From Octopus sinensis (Eukaryota): a DNA stretch of 62,545 bases. The translations under genes and the position numbers were made by a program. Shown piece by piece: positions 41,640 through 54,118 of this stretch (the first letter of the stretch is position 1; the number at the start of each line of letters is the position of its first letter). The notes beneath the pieces were generated by a model, which was given only the letters and a program-made list of their open reading frames with translations, searched no databases and was not told where the DNA came from. The stretch lies in the NCBI RefSeq assembly GCF_006345805.1, contig NW_021832243.1, positions 1 through 62,545 on the forward strand, in the 5' to 3' direction.

Positions 41640-42473
41640 ATAATAATAATGTTCGTCCTTCGGTTCGAAGATGACCAACTGACATCATCTGATGAACTGC
41701 CGCCATGAGACCTGAGGTGGCTGGTGAGGCCAATCCGGGCAAGGAAGCCCCTCCCACAGTGGGGGCAGAAGTGGGTAGGGGCCGTGCTACTGGTGCAGGC
41801 GGCTCTGGCTTTACGCATCTGACGTTTCTGCTCCGCTGACCGAATCCGTCCCTCCTCGGCTGTCCCTGCTCCCACGGTGATTGCGCTGCGCCAGGATGAG
41901 CGGTTGGCAGCAAGTGTCTCCCAGGTCTCTGTTCCGATGGAGAAGTCTTTGAGAGAGACCTTGAGACTATCCTTGTAGCGCTTCTTCTGCCCTCCGACTT
42001 TGCGCCTGCCCTGGCCGAGTTCACCGTAGAAGAGCTGTTTTGGGATGCGAGTGTCGGACATGCGGGAGACTGGCCCCCCATCTCAGCTGGGCCTTGCGCA
42101 TGATTGTGATGGTGCTAGGGAGATCTGCCTGCTTCAGAACTTCCGTGTCTGGGACTTTGTCCTGCCAGCGGATGTGAAGGAGGTTCCGAAGACACCTGAG
42201 ATGGAAGTGGTTTATCTGGCGCTCGTGCCTTCGGTAAGCAGTCCACGTCTCGCAGCCGTATAGTAGGGTGGTAAGCACGACTGCCCGGTAGACTTTCAGC
42301 TTGGTGTTGAGGCTGATTCCTCTCCGCTCCCAGACTTTCTTTCGCAGTCTCCCAAACGCGCTGCTTGCCTTGGAGATTCTGTTGATGGTTTCAGCATCTA
42401 TGTTGGCATTGCAGGAGAGAGTGCTGCCCAGGTAGGTGAAGTTTTCCACCACTCGTAGGATCCGTCCGTTCAC

Positions 42474-42474
<1 letters not shown>
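41640..42474 (-). mobile_element. RTE-clade LINE 3' end, copy 1
   Basis: VENFTYLGS..RISKASSAFGRL..LLYGCETW..QLRW..PKQLFYGEL..GGQKKRYKD..CPHCGRGFLARIGLTSHLRSH, with an (att)n tail. Confidence 0.9.
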
Positions 42475-42511
<37 letters not shown>

Positions 42512-42526
42512 ATATATATATATATA

Positions 42527-43357
42527 TAATGTTCGTCCTTCGGTTCGAAGATGACCAACTGACATCATCTGATGGAACTGCCGCCATGAGACCTGAGGTG
42601 GCTGGTGAGGCCAATCCGGGCAAGGAAGCCCCTCCACAGGTGGGGGCAGAAGTGGGTAGGGGCCGTGCTACTGGTGCAGGCGGCTCTGGCTTTACGCATC
42701 TGACGTTTCTGCTCCGCTGACCGAATCCGTCCCTCCTCGGCTGTCCCTGCTCCCACGGTGATTGCGCTGCGCCAGGATGAGCGGTTGGCAGCAAGTGTCT
42801 CCCAGGTCTCTGTTCCGATGGAGAAGTCTTTGAGAGAGACCTTGAGACTATCCTTGTAGCGCTTCTTCTGCCCTCCGACTTTGCGCCTGCCCTGGCCGAG
42901 TTCACCGTAGAAGAGCTGTTTTGGGATGCGAGTGTCGGACATGCGGGAGACTTGGCCCGCCCATCTCAGCTGGGCCTTGCGCATGATTGGTGATGGTGCT
43001 AGGGAGATCTGCCTGCTTCAGAACTTCCGTGTCTGGGACTTTGTCCTGCCAGCGGATGTGAAGGAGGTTCCGAAGACACCTGAGATGGAAGTGGTTTATC
43101 TGGCGCTCGTGCCTTCGGTAAGCAGTCCACGTCTCGCAGCCGTATAGTAGGGTGGTAAGCACGACTGCCCGGTAGACTTTCAGCTTGGTGTTGAGGCTGA
43201 TTCCTCTCCGCTCCCAGACTTTCTTTCGCAGTCTCCCAAACGCGCTGCTTGCCTTGGAGATTCTGTTGATGGTTTCAGCATCTATGTTGGCATTGCAGGA
43301 GAGAGTGCTGCCCAGGTAGGTGAAGTTTTCCACCACTCGTAGGATCCGTCCGTTCAC
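42527..43357 (-). mobile_element. RTE-clade LINE 3' end, copy 2 (tandem duplicate)
   Basis: Same 5' truncation point and 3' end as copy 1. The differences I found are small indels. Confidence 0.9.
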
Positions 43358-43367
43358 CCTTATATAT

Positions 43368-43429
<62 letters not shown>

Positions 43430-43734
43430 ATGTATAGGCGCAGAATGGCTGCGTGGCAAGAAGCTTTATTTCCACCCACATTGTTCCGGATTCAGTCCCG
43501 CTGCGCGGCACCTTGGAAAAATGTCTTCAACAGAAAGATGCCCATCGTGTATATATATATATATATATACGTTAAATATAGGGTAGTGAGTTTTTTTTAG
43601 AAATTTCACTACCAGTGGCCTAGCATGTATAAAAAGTCAATAGACAACATATTCTCAATATAAAATAGATAGTGTACATTTAAACACAATATATATAAAT
43701 AGAGTTAAACGTAGGTATTATTCAAGTCTTTATA

Positions 43735-43822
43735 CTTCCGACATATGTTTCGAAGAAAACATTGATATTATTCCAGAAGGTATAAAATAATGTACAACAA
43801 TGCAATCTTCTCATCAGGGAAA
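43735..43822 (-). ncRNA. Type I hammerhead ribozyme fold, canonical core
   Basis: ttcc-CUGAUGA-GAAGA..UCUUC-GAAAC-auau-GUC-ggaa. Stem I is ttcc/ggaa, stem II is closed by GAAGA/UCUUC, stem III is the palindrome ACAUAUGU. Predicted cleavage between 43740 and 43739. Confidence 0.8.
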
Positions 43823-44424
43823 AAAGAGAAGCAAAATGCATCAATAAGACATTTTAACCGAATGTGATTACTGCATATATGATGAAGGAAACGATGGTCT
43901 ACATTTAGACATATCAATAAACGCAACAATACTGGGCTTAGTAAATTAATTTGGTCTCTAAAGGAACATAATAAACAATTTCATTTGGAATGGAATATTC
44001 TATCTAGGGATTTTCCTTATGATAAAGCTAAATCTTTTTGTTCGCTCTGTAACGATGAACTACATTTCATCCTGTTCTCAGAGAATCCTCTTGTGAACAA
44101 GTTGAAATAACGCGTTTATCGTTGCAAACATTGGCAAAAACATACCTAATTTCTACTAGTCGAAGTCTATAGAATTCGACCTTTATCTGTCTTCTTACAT
44201 TTAATTTCCATTAAATATATCTATTTCCCCGCCTTTGATCTGTATTTCTATACATCTATCGCACTATATTTCTCCACTCTTAGTTTTTTTCTCCTAATTT
44301 CTCTCTTCCTCCTCTTCTTTCTATAAATTGCCTTTGACGTTATTTCTATTAACGGTTCTCTTCATCATATATGCAGCATCACATCCAATTAAAATATCTT
44401 ATTGATGCGTTTTGTTTCTCTTTC

Positions 44425-44513
44425 TTTCCATGATGAGAAGATTGTATCGTTTTACATCATTAAAATTCCTTCTGGAATAAAATCAATGTTTTCTTCGAAA
44501 CATGTGTCGGAAG
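44425..44513 (+). ncRNA. Type I hammerhead fold with a C3A change (inverted sister copy)
   Basis: ttcc-AUGAUGA-GAAGA..UCUUC-GAAAC-augu-GUC-ggaa. Confidence 0.65.
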
Positions 44514-44568
44514 AATAAAGATTTGAATAACACCTGCGTTTAACTCCATTTATTTATATATGTGCAAT

Positions 44569-44860
44569 AAAAGCATTTCACTAAACTCTGGAATTTCTAC
44601 CTTATTAAGTAGGCTGTTACATCCTTGGTATTTATGTGAATTTTTGCTACCCTGGTAATTATTTATTTATTTATTTATTTCGGTGTTATTTGTACACATT
44701 GAAAAATACACATACATTTATATGTGTGTGTGTGTGTTTGTCTCCGTACCATCGCTTAACAACTGATGGCAGTGTGTTTACGTTCCCGTAACGTAGTGGT
44801 TCGGCAAAAGCTACTGGTAGAATAAGTACTAGGGTAGATTTCTGCGATTAAAACCCTTTA
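44569..44860 (+). repeat. ~290-bp segment duplicated at 47291-47601
   Basis: Both copies start aaaagcatttcactaaactc and end ttctgcgattaaaa(a)ccctta. They include the same decayed SINE1 tail fragment. Confidence 0.8.
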
Positions 44861-44934
44861 AGGCGATGCTCCAGCATGGCCGCAGTCAAATGACTGAAAC
44901 ATGCCAAAGAGTAAAAGAATATGTATATATATAC

Positions 44935-45250
44935 TTGGGCAAGTGTCTTCTGCTATAGCCCCGGGCCGACCAATGCCTTGTGAGTGGATTTGGTAGACGG
45001 AAACTGAAAGAAGCATGTCGTATATATGTATATATATATATGTGTGTATGTGTTTGTCCCCCTAGCATTGCTTGACAACCGATGCTGGTGTGTTTACGTC
45101 CCCGTCACTTAGCGGTTCGGCATAAGAGACCGATAGAATAAGTACTGGGCTTACAAAGAATAAGTCCCGGGGTCGATTTGCTCGACTAAAGGCGGTGCTC
45201 CAGCATTGCCGCAGTCAAATGACTGGAACAAGTAAAAGAGTAAAAGAGTA
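44935..45250 (+). mobile_element. SINE family 1, head-truncated
   Basis: Homologous to 1939-2348. Confidence 0.9.
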
Positions 45251-45725
45251 GAGAGTAATGTTATATATGTATATATATGTATATGATATGTGTGTGTGTG
45301 TATGTATGTGACAGTCATTAGGACGTTGGAATTCCTTGCAGTATTTGTCCCAGCACTTTACGCTCTCTGTTCAAATTCAACCGAGGTCAACTTAGAATTT
45401 CATTCTCTCTGGGTCGATAAATAAAGTACTAGTCCGGAGTTAAGGATTGATTATCTATTCCAAGCATTAGTTGGCATTCCGTCAACACTCAGGTTGCTAT
45501 CGCTGGAACACCAATAAACCTTCGAAAACTAATGTTAGGTGAATAAGACCGTTATGCATAAGACTGTTATGTATCCGGATAGTGCAGCACGACTGTCATT
45601 TCATTTGTGTGTGTGTGTGTGTGGTGTGAACGTGTGTGTTATTTATACAGTAATTAATAGGATATTAGCAACGACTCGAGTTTCATGTCCGCGTTTGGTT
45701 TCAACATAAATTTTACTACAGTCAG

Positions 45726-45850
<125 letters not shown>

Positions 45851-46766
45851 CATACATACAAATATTGATATATATATATATATATATATATATGGTGTAA
45901 TAAATAAAATATATGCATACATACATACATACATATATGTACGTACCTACATCTACATGTATATATACATGCATATATAAATATATATACGTGAGTACAG
46001 GACACCACAAGTAGACGTAGAACTCAACGAGGAACAAAAACGGAAAAACAAGCGTGGAACGCACCATTTTTTTTACAACGAAAAACAGAGCACAAGACAA
46101 ACTACACAAGGAAAAATCCCCTTCATCAGCTGTCCCTAGTTCAACTCCAGCGTGTTTCGAAGGTAGGAAAGAACACGACTCTCCTGCGAAGAAATTAAAT
46201 AAAATTACTTCGCAGAGGGGTAAAAACAAAGAAAGAAAAAAAATGTAACAAAAACAGGACGTAAAAACGATACAAATAAAATTACAAAATAAAATACAAA
46301 ATAAAATAAAATACAAAATAAAAATACAATTACAAAAAATTACAATACGAGAAATAAAAACAAAACAAGAAAACAAACGAAAGGCCTATTTTTGGCCTAG
46401 ACGAGGAAGATTGTGAAGAGCGCAAGGTAAAACCGTGTGTTTACAGTTGGAATGCCGCATGTAAAAAGGAAGAGTTGGCTGGCTGTGAGAGAGATGAGGA
46501 GGAGTGAGAGAGAGAGATAGAGGAAGACAAGCGGCTGAGAGAGAGATGAGGAGGAGTGAGAGAGAGAGAGAGATAGGGAAAAAAGGGAAGGTAAAGCAAA
46601 GTGGTATAGGGTTTCGCGTCATAATTATATATAAAAACAGTACTTGGAGAAGAAGAACGAAACGAAACGAACGAATCGAATCGAATCGACGCGAGGGCGC
46701 TATATATATATATATACACACATACAAATATTGTGTATGTAATTTCCTTGTAAGGGATTTTTTTTT

Positions 46767-47290
46767 ATAAAGACCCGGATATCAACTGGTGTTATCAAAT
46801 ATATTAAAAGAAAGTTCCGCAATATATATATGGATAAACTGACCAATAATGTGTAAAGTTAATAAAAGAAAATTATGTTTTTTTTACCCCCCTCAAAAAT
46901 CTATTTCATCTCTCAATTTGTCTCCAATACCCTTAAAAGCCCATAATATCCCATATAATTAAACACTACTTTAAGTCCCTTAACACTTATATGAATAGTT
47001 TTCAAATACATTATAGTATTTACTTGTCGATTTCTTTGGACTTCGAGCAATCCTTTCGTGAATGATCTGAGAAATTTCCAGTGTTCGAATTGTAGGGTTT
47101 CTTTGTTTTGGGGTGTTGCGCACTGACCCCGTAGCGTGCCACTCCTTAACCAATATTTATATCGTTCTCTTTGCTGCTAAGCCTTTACCCAGAAACCTGA
47201 CTTCAAAAATTTCATCCTTCTGCTTAACAGAACCTCTTCTCCCATACGCTTTCGCTGTCTCTATTCTTTCCGCTCTTGAGTACGTGATAT
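46767..47290 (-). mobile_element. Internally deleted Tc1/mariner-like element (N-terminal HTH fragment)
   Basis: YSRAERIETAKAYGRRGSV..TI*ILVKEWHATGSVRNTPKQRNPTIRT..IARSPKKSTS. The end (agacccggatatcaactg) is TIR-like. Confidence 0.6.
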
Positions 47291-48124
47291 AAAAGCATTT
47301 CACTAAACTCAGGAAATTCTACCTTTATAAGTAGGCTGTTACATCCTTGGTACTTATGTGAAATTTGCTACCCTGGTAACTATTTATTTATTTATTTTTT
47401 TCGGTGTTATTTGTACACATTGAAAAATACACATACATTAATATGTATGTGTGTGAGAGTTTGTCTTCCTACAATTACTTAACTGATGGTAGTGAGTTTA
47501 CGTTCCCGTAACGAAGTGGTTCGGCAAAAGCTACTGGTAGAATAAGTACTAGGCTCACAAAGAATAAGTACTAGGGTAGATTTCTGCGATTAAAAACCCT
47601 TAGAAAAGTCTAGAGATGTTCACTCAATGCAATCTTACAAGCAACTAATGTGGTGAGGATAACGCAGGGTGAGGATGCGGTGAGGATAAATTCAGAAAAT
47701 AGTCGACCAGTGCGCCTTCTTTGTTCAGCAGTTTACAAGCGGTTGAAACAACGCAATGACACTTGCGAAGGAAGGGCTGTATGCTTTTCCGGGTATGTTA
47801 ATATATTTCTGTATTAAAAATATGCAGCGGAACCCGGGCTAATTTTTCGTGCGCCAACCTTTACATATATCTGAAGAGTTGACACTTACGAGGAGTGCCG
47901 AAATAATACTGATACGATGTGTTACTACAGTCGTAGTATTGTGCATTAAAACGTGTTGCTCACTCAATTCGCTTTGTTAATACTTATGTAAACTCAACAG
48001 TTATTTACGGATTTCCAGACGTATCTTCCGTTATATGATCAATTTCCGCTGTAAAATCGTGTCTGACACCCGATATCCGTAGGCTACAAGATTAATACTC
48101 AATTCGAATTTTTATGTGTGAGTG

Positions 48125-48126
48125 AA

Positions 48127-48199
<73 letters not shown>

Positions 48200-48314
48200 G
48201 TCTACGTATGTATGTATGTATGTATGTATGTATGTATGTATGTATGTATGTATCTATCTATCTATCTACCTATCTACCTACCTACCTATCTATCTATGTA
48301 TCTATGTATCTATG

Positions 48315-48364
<50 letters not shown>

Positions 48365-48365
48365 C

Positions 48366-48413
<48 letters not shown>

Positions 48414-48481
48414 GTATGTATGTATGTATGTATGTATGTATGTATGTATGTATGTATGTATGTATCTATCTATCTATCTAT
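48125..48481. repeat. (TATC)n/(TATG)n microsatellite
   Basis: Direct reading. Confidence 0.95.
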
Positions 48482-49903
48482 CTGACCGTCGTACCTTGTC
48501 CCGACCCTACCATCACCAAACTAGAACGCATTCTCTTTCGCTTCTTGTGGAAAGGATGCGTCCCGACGGTCAGGCGATCCATTTGCTGTCAACACCCGTT
48601 AAAAGGAGGACTGGGCATGCCGTGGTTGATGATGCGCAGACACGCGCTGAGACTGCGACATCTCAGGCTCTTCGTAGACGACGGTGAACAGGTGTGGTCG
48701 CCGTTTGTGAGGCACGCTTTCCCGTAGCTAGTCTCCATGACCGAACTGCAGTCGTGGATCAAAAAGAGGCCGAGGAAGGGCGAATGGCACCGCGAGTGTC
48801 GCGTTGCTCTCAAGCAACTCTGCCGTCCCGTGTCGACCCTGAGTGATTCCATCACAACCAAAGCATTCTATAGGGGATTAGTGGATGGGGAGGTACGACG
48901 ACGAACTCGGGGCAAACCTGGACGTCGACGAGGAATACCTGACCCGCCTGTTCGGGACGACTTTCGGGCCAGGGCCCATGGACAACTTCCAGAGATCCCT
49001 GGCCAGGCAGTGCTACCGAGAAGTGCTACCCGTTCGGGATAAGCTCTACAGACGGCTCGAGAAACACGGGGCCGACCTGCCCGAGATACGGTCAGAGCGA
49101 CGAAACCGTTCTGCACGCACTCGTGCAGTGTCCAACAATTTCCGACCTGTGGGCTTATGTCGAACAACTGCTGTCACGTGTGGGACGAGTCGGTTTATCA
49201 GCTGAGTCTATCGTCAATATTGTCACGCCTCCTTCCTTCAAACGGGAAGGAAGAGCTATTTTCATCATCCTTATGGCTATGACGAAAGAATGTATCTGGT
49301 GGACGCGTCTGAAAGGATTTCCTCTCTGGTCAATCTCTCATCAACTTCTTCAAGTACCACTTGAAAAGGAAAGTGAGAGTAGAGAGGCAAGTTTTGTCTA
49401 GCGAATGTTTTAAAAAAAGATGGGTGAATGTAACAAGGATGGCACGTATGAATGACGAAGCCACCTTAAGCATAATCCTATGAACCCAGAAATTGAAAAC
49501 AGAGGGTTACCCACTTGCAAACAAATGTGGTAACATATAACAATATTGACCAAGGTTACCGTGGTCTTTTTCGTATGCTTTTCTTCCCACGGATAAACCT
49601 TACTTGCTTTCCCCTTTACACCATATATCATAACACTTGATACACGATCCCTATTGATCGTTTTTTTCCTCTTCCACTTTTTCCCCCTTTTTTCTTCTTT
49701 TCTTTTGTTCCTTTTCCTTTTCTTCTTTTTTTTTAAATATTTTTTTGTTCTTCTTTTTCCCTTTTAAGATCCCTTTTGATCGAAAACCTACGCCACCTTT
49801 TTTTTGTTTCTTTTGTTTTTTGCTTTTTTCATTCCCCTAAAGAAAAGCTCTACCTTGTAACTTGTCCCATCTGTGTGCAGCCCTGTGTGGCCAATAAAGA
49901 AAC
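48482..49903 (+). mobile_element. Second, shorter 5'-truncated copy of the Tx1-clade LINE
   Basis: LTVVPCPDPTITKLERILFRFLWKG.. is near-identical to 35214 onward, with the same 3' end aataaagaaac. Confidence 0.9.
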
Positions 49904-49970
<67 letters not shown>

Positions 49971-49998
49971 CATACCCACCTACCTATCTATCTATCTG

Positions 49999-50054
<56 letters not shown>

Positions 50055-50094
50055 CCTACCTATCTAACTATCTATCTGTCTGTCTGTCTAAGGT

Positions 50095-50435
50095 AAACGT
50101 AAAGACCCTATTCAATCATGAATGACGATGGGATTGCACCTAATATGCTACTCTCCGAGGCACAATTCGAGCAAGGTTGCTTGTGGAAGACCAGCAGTTG
50201 CCCATGCATACCAGCCTCCCCTCTCCACACTACCGATGTTATCCAAGGGAAAGGCAAAGGCTGTTACAAGTTGGCACCAGTGACATCGCAACTCGTTTCT
50301 ACAGCTGAGTGAACTGGAGCGACGTGAAATAAATTGTCTTATTCAAGACCGCAACACACACCACGGTCCGGAAATCGAACTCACTACTTCGTGATTGTGA
50401 GCCAGACGCTCTAACCATTGAGCCAGACACCTTCA
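50095..50435 (-). mobile_element. tRNA-derived SINE family 5
   Basis: Head gaaggtgtctggctcaatggttagagcgtctggctcacaatc..gagttcgatttcc, followed by a cttgaataagacaatttatttcacgtcgctccagttcactcagctg core-like block. Confidence 0.7.
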
Positions 50436-51084
50436 CACACAGTTGTTTGTATGCATTCCCGTCTTGACTTTTATTTTAGAATAAGTATGTCTAGGATGAC
50501 ATTATCTCAGATTTTTTTTCTACTTAAAGAGCGCAAGATATGACACCACGGACATTTTGTTCAGAGAATAGATAAAAATCGCTCTTCCATATATTTTTTT
50601 ATGTTTAGAGACCAACTTTTCTAATTTTTATAAGTATAAAACTCCTGTCAATCAATATTAAAATTGAAAATAAAACCTATAACTAGAAGTTACACAGAGA
50701 ATTTGGAGAACTTTTCTTTCATTAAAAACAGTTATTGAATCTGATATAGAGAAACTAAATTTTGAATGCTTCTTTGGTGAATAGAGCAACAAATATATGT
50801 TTGCCTTTTCCAACGAATTTCAGGCAATTTCTCTGAAGTCAACAGGATTCACTGCACTAAATTTTAAATCAAATAATAATGGACTTCTAAAAAGTAGCAG
50901 GAAATTAAGTATGACTGACTAAGAAGTTCGCCATTTTTATAGATTTTTATCAGAAATTTTAACGACCACCACTGTGGATTTAATTCTATCTGCTTTCTTT
51001 GACAAATCTTCATGGCATGTTACTCTAACTTCAACAGAATTCACTACTACTACTACTACTACTTAATAATACTATTTATGATTT

Positions 51085-51297
51085 CAAATTTTTGCCACAA
51101 GGGTAGCTTGGTGGAGGGGATTATGTGGATTACATCGATCCCAGTTCGCAGCTGGTACTTAATTTATCGACCCCGAAAGGATGAAAGTCAATGTCGACCT
51201 CGGCGGAATTTGAAATCAGAAAGTAGCGGCAAACAAATTACCGCTAAACATTTCGCCCGGCGTGTTAACGATTCTGCCAGCTCGCCTTAATAATAAC

Positions 51298-51356
<59 letters not shown>

Positions 51357-51367
51357 TAATAATAATG

Positions 51368-51403
<36 letters not shown>

Positions 51404-51617
51404 TAATAATGATGATAATAATAATAATACTTTCTACTATAGGCACAAGGCCTGAATTTTTGTCGATCACAATACGCAACTGGTACTTAATTTATCGACG
51501 CCAAAAGGCTGAAAGGAAAAGTCAACTTCGGCGGAATGTGAACTCAGAATGTAGCGACAGGCGAAATACTGGTAAGCAATTCGTCCAGCGTGCTAACGCT
51601 TCTGCCAGCTCGCCGCC

Positions 51618-51672
<55 letters not shown>

Positions 51673-52232
51673 TGATGATTATAATCTTTTCTACTCTTGG
51701 CACAATTAGATCGACCCAAGTACGCGACTGGTACTTAATTTATCGACCCCGAAAAGATGAAAGGTAAAGTCGACCTCGGCGGAATTTGAACTCAGGAAGT
51801 AACGGCAGACGAAATACCTATTTCTTTACTACCCACAAGGGGCTAAACACAGAGAGGACAAACAAGGACAGACAAACGGATTAAGTCGATTATATCGACC
51901 CCAGTGCGTAACTGGTACTTAATTTATCGACCCCGAAATGATAAAAGGTAAAGTCGGCCTCGTTGGAATTTGAACTCAGAACGTAACGGCAGACGAAATA
52001 CCTATTTCTTTACTACCCACAAGGGGCTAAACACAGGGGGGACAAACAAGGACAGACAAAGGGATTAAGTCGATAACATCGACCCCAGTGCGTAACTGGT
52101 ACTTAATTTATCGACCCCCGAAAGGATGAAAGGTAAAGTCGACCCCGGCGGAGTTTGAACTCACAACGTAACGGCAAACGAAATACCGCTAAGCATTTCG
52201 CCCGGCGTGCTAACGTTTCTGCTAGCTCGCCG
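51085..52232 (-). mobile_element. Cluster of SINE family 4 copies in (TAA)n, including a head-to-tail trimer
   Basis: Copies at 51085-51286 and 51430-51614, and a concatemer at 51685-52231 with ~184-bp period. Confidence 0.85.
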
Positions 52233-52252
52233 CGATAATAACAACAATAATA

Positions 52253-52285
<33 letters not shown>

Positions 52286-52299
52286 TGATGATGATGATG

Positions 52300-52354
<55 letters not shown>

Positions 52355-52689
52355 TAACAACAACAACAACAATAATTAAATAAAATAAAAAGGAAATTAA
52401 ACATCACTCATGCAGCTTCTGGCTTAAAATATCATTAAATTATATTTTTGGAATCCATTTGATATTTAAAGATGTGACGACTGAACTTTTAATTTTTTAA
52501 GGTTACACCATATATTATTGATGACATTAGAATGATGAAATATTTTCTTTAAAAGTAATACTTTTAAAAATGAATAATGAAACAATATTTTTACAACTAA
52601 TTAATGTCACTAGTGTAATTGATGTAATTAGTGGATTCTTGAAGCTACGAATTAATTTCATTACATGGCTTTAAAATACCTGCCGCCTA

Positions 52690-53100
52690 ACTTTCCTCGG
52701 TCTCCAACCACTCTGTCATCAGCGAGATGCTCTACGGGATGACCTGTCCAGGTGTGACCCAGGAACTGAAATTAACCCTAGCCAATTGGATCGCAAGGCC
52801 TTTCTCTTCCCCAGAGTACAGATATCCAGCGCTGATGGAATGACATCAGATGCAAATCTACCTTCGGGTGGCATCGCTTTGCCTGCCTCCGTTCCGTTTC
52901 ACATCTAAACAGCAGCACATGACTCAATTTGGTGCCCTCCTCATCTACCGGTACCCTTCGAGGTGATGGGTGCGCTTGTATTGGAGAGGCCCAACGCTTT
53001 GGTCTCCGCGTGTGTGAGCGGTGCAAATGCCGTTGTGGAGCAGTAGTTGATGAATTCGGCTTGCATCCTTTTTCTTGCAGCCTTAGCGCGGACCGATTCG
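52690..53100 (+). mobile_element. CRE-clade-like non-LTR retrotransposon C-terminal fragment
   Basis: LNLVPSSSTGTL..CIGEAQRFGLRVCERCKCRCGAVVDEFGLHPFSCSLSA resembles the pre-RLE C-x-C..H..C region of CRE-type elements (from recall). Confidence 0.55.
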
Positions 53101-53139
53101 GTTACATTTCAGACAGATTCAGCGCTAAGTTGCTGAAGC

Positions 53140-53375
53140 AGGAATACCTATTTCTTTATTGCCCACAAGGGGCTAAACACAGAGGGGACAAACAAGGGCA
53201 GACAAACAGATTAAGTCGATTACATTAACCCCAGTGCGTAACTGGTACTTAATTTATCGACCCCGAAAGGATGAAAGGTAAAGTCGACCTCGGCGGAATT
53301 TGAACTCAGAACGTAACGCAGACGAAATACCGCTAAGCATTTCGCCCGGCATGCTAACGATTCTGCCAGCTCGCC
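53140..53375 (-). mobile_element. SINE family 4, same long-tail variant as the trimer
   Basis: Homologous to 51995-52231. Confidence 0.85.
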
Positions 53376-53742
53376 CATAGCAAATATTTTGCTCAGCTGG
53401 ACAGATCTGTTTGTCAGTTGCTTGAAATTAACCACTTGAGCATGTCCCTTAGTGGCTGACAATATGTGCATCTCTGATGGTGAGCAGGAATAATGGGGGG
53501 GGGGACCGTAGCCGTGTGTTGAGAGGGATTCTTTGGGATTTGAATAAATGTTACAAAATCAAAATTTGAAATAAATGTCAGCCATTTTTCATACTTTCTA
53601 GGAGTAAACAAATAGGAAATTACAGTTGCTCGCCTAGGACAAAAATCGTGTTACACTGTGTAATAGCTTTATGTTTGTGACAAGAGTTACAGTTTTCATA
53701 GAAATACCGAGTATATATACCTTTAGTACAACGTTATCTACA

Positions 53743-54118
53743 ACTAGCGCTATGACCCGGTAACGCCGGGTCATAGTGCTAGTGCATGCATATACAGCTG
53801 CGTGCGCGCGCACATACACGCGAGTACTGTCCAAATCTACGACCAATCACATACAGCCAGCTGGCATTCAATTGGCGTATCAAGTTTCGGGCATTTTGAT
53901 TGGGTTTTGGATAGAAAATTCACGAAAAAAGTCACTTCTATTGATTTTTTAATGGCTTTGCGGGGTGACTGGGGAAATGTAAAGATGTGCACGACCACCC
54001 TTGGACGGTTTTGAATGACCATAGAATGTGCGAGCCCTCTAACTGAAAAATTGTGGGTTTGTATAAAGGACACACACACACACACACACACACATTTTGG
54101 CGTTTATATATAGAGAGA
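53743..54118 (-). mobile_element. Non-autonomous Helitron-like element
   Basis: Minus-strand 5' end a|TCtctctatatataaacg. The other end is an 18-bp-stem hairpin closing in ctagt. Confidence 0.65.

Larger units (their letters stand above)
43685..44564 (+). mobile_element. 5'-truncated Penelope-like element with inverted terminal repeats
   Basis: Arms 43685-~43890 and ~44357-44564 are diverged reverse complements. Between them, 43896-44135 encodes STFRHINKRNNTGLSKLIWSLKEHNKQFHLEWNILSRDFPYDKAKSFCSLCNDELHFILFSENPLVNKLK*RVYRCKH, a Penelope GIY-YIG C-terminus. Confidence 0.85.

Noticed and set aside
46100-46180. Minus-strand GAAAC..CTGATGA as a type II hammerhead
   Set aside because: Stems I and III cannot be formed with correct geometry.
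47631-47793. Plus-strand open frame ending at donor-like ccgg|gtatgt
   Set aside because: No polypyrimidine acceptor, no ATG and no recognisable homology.
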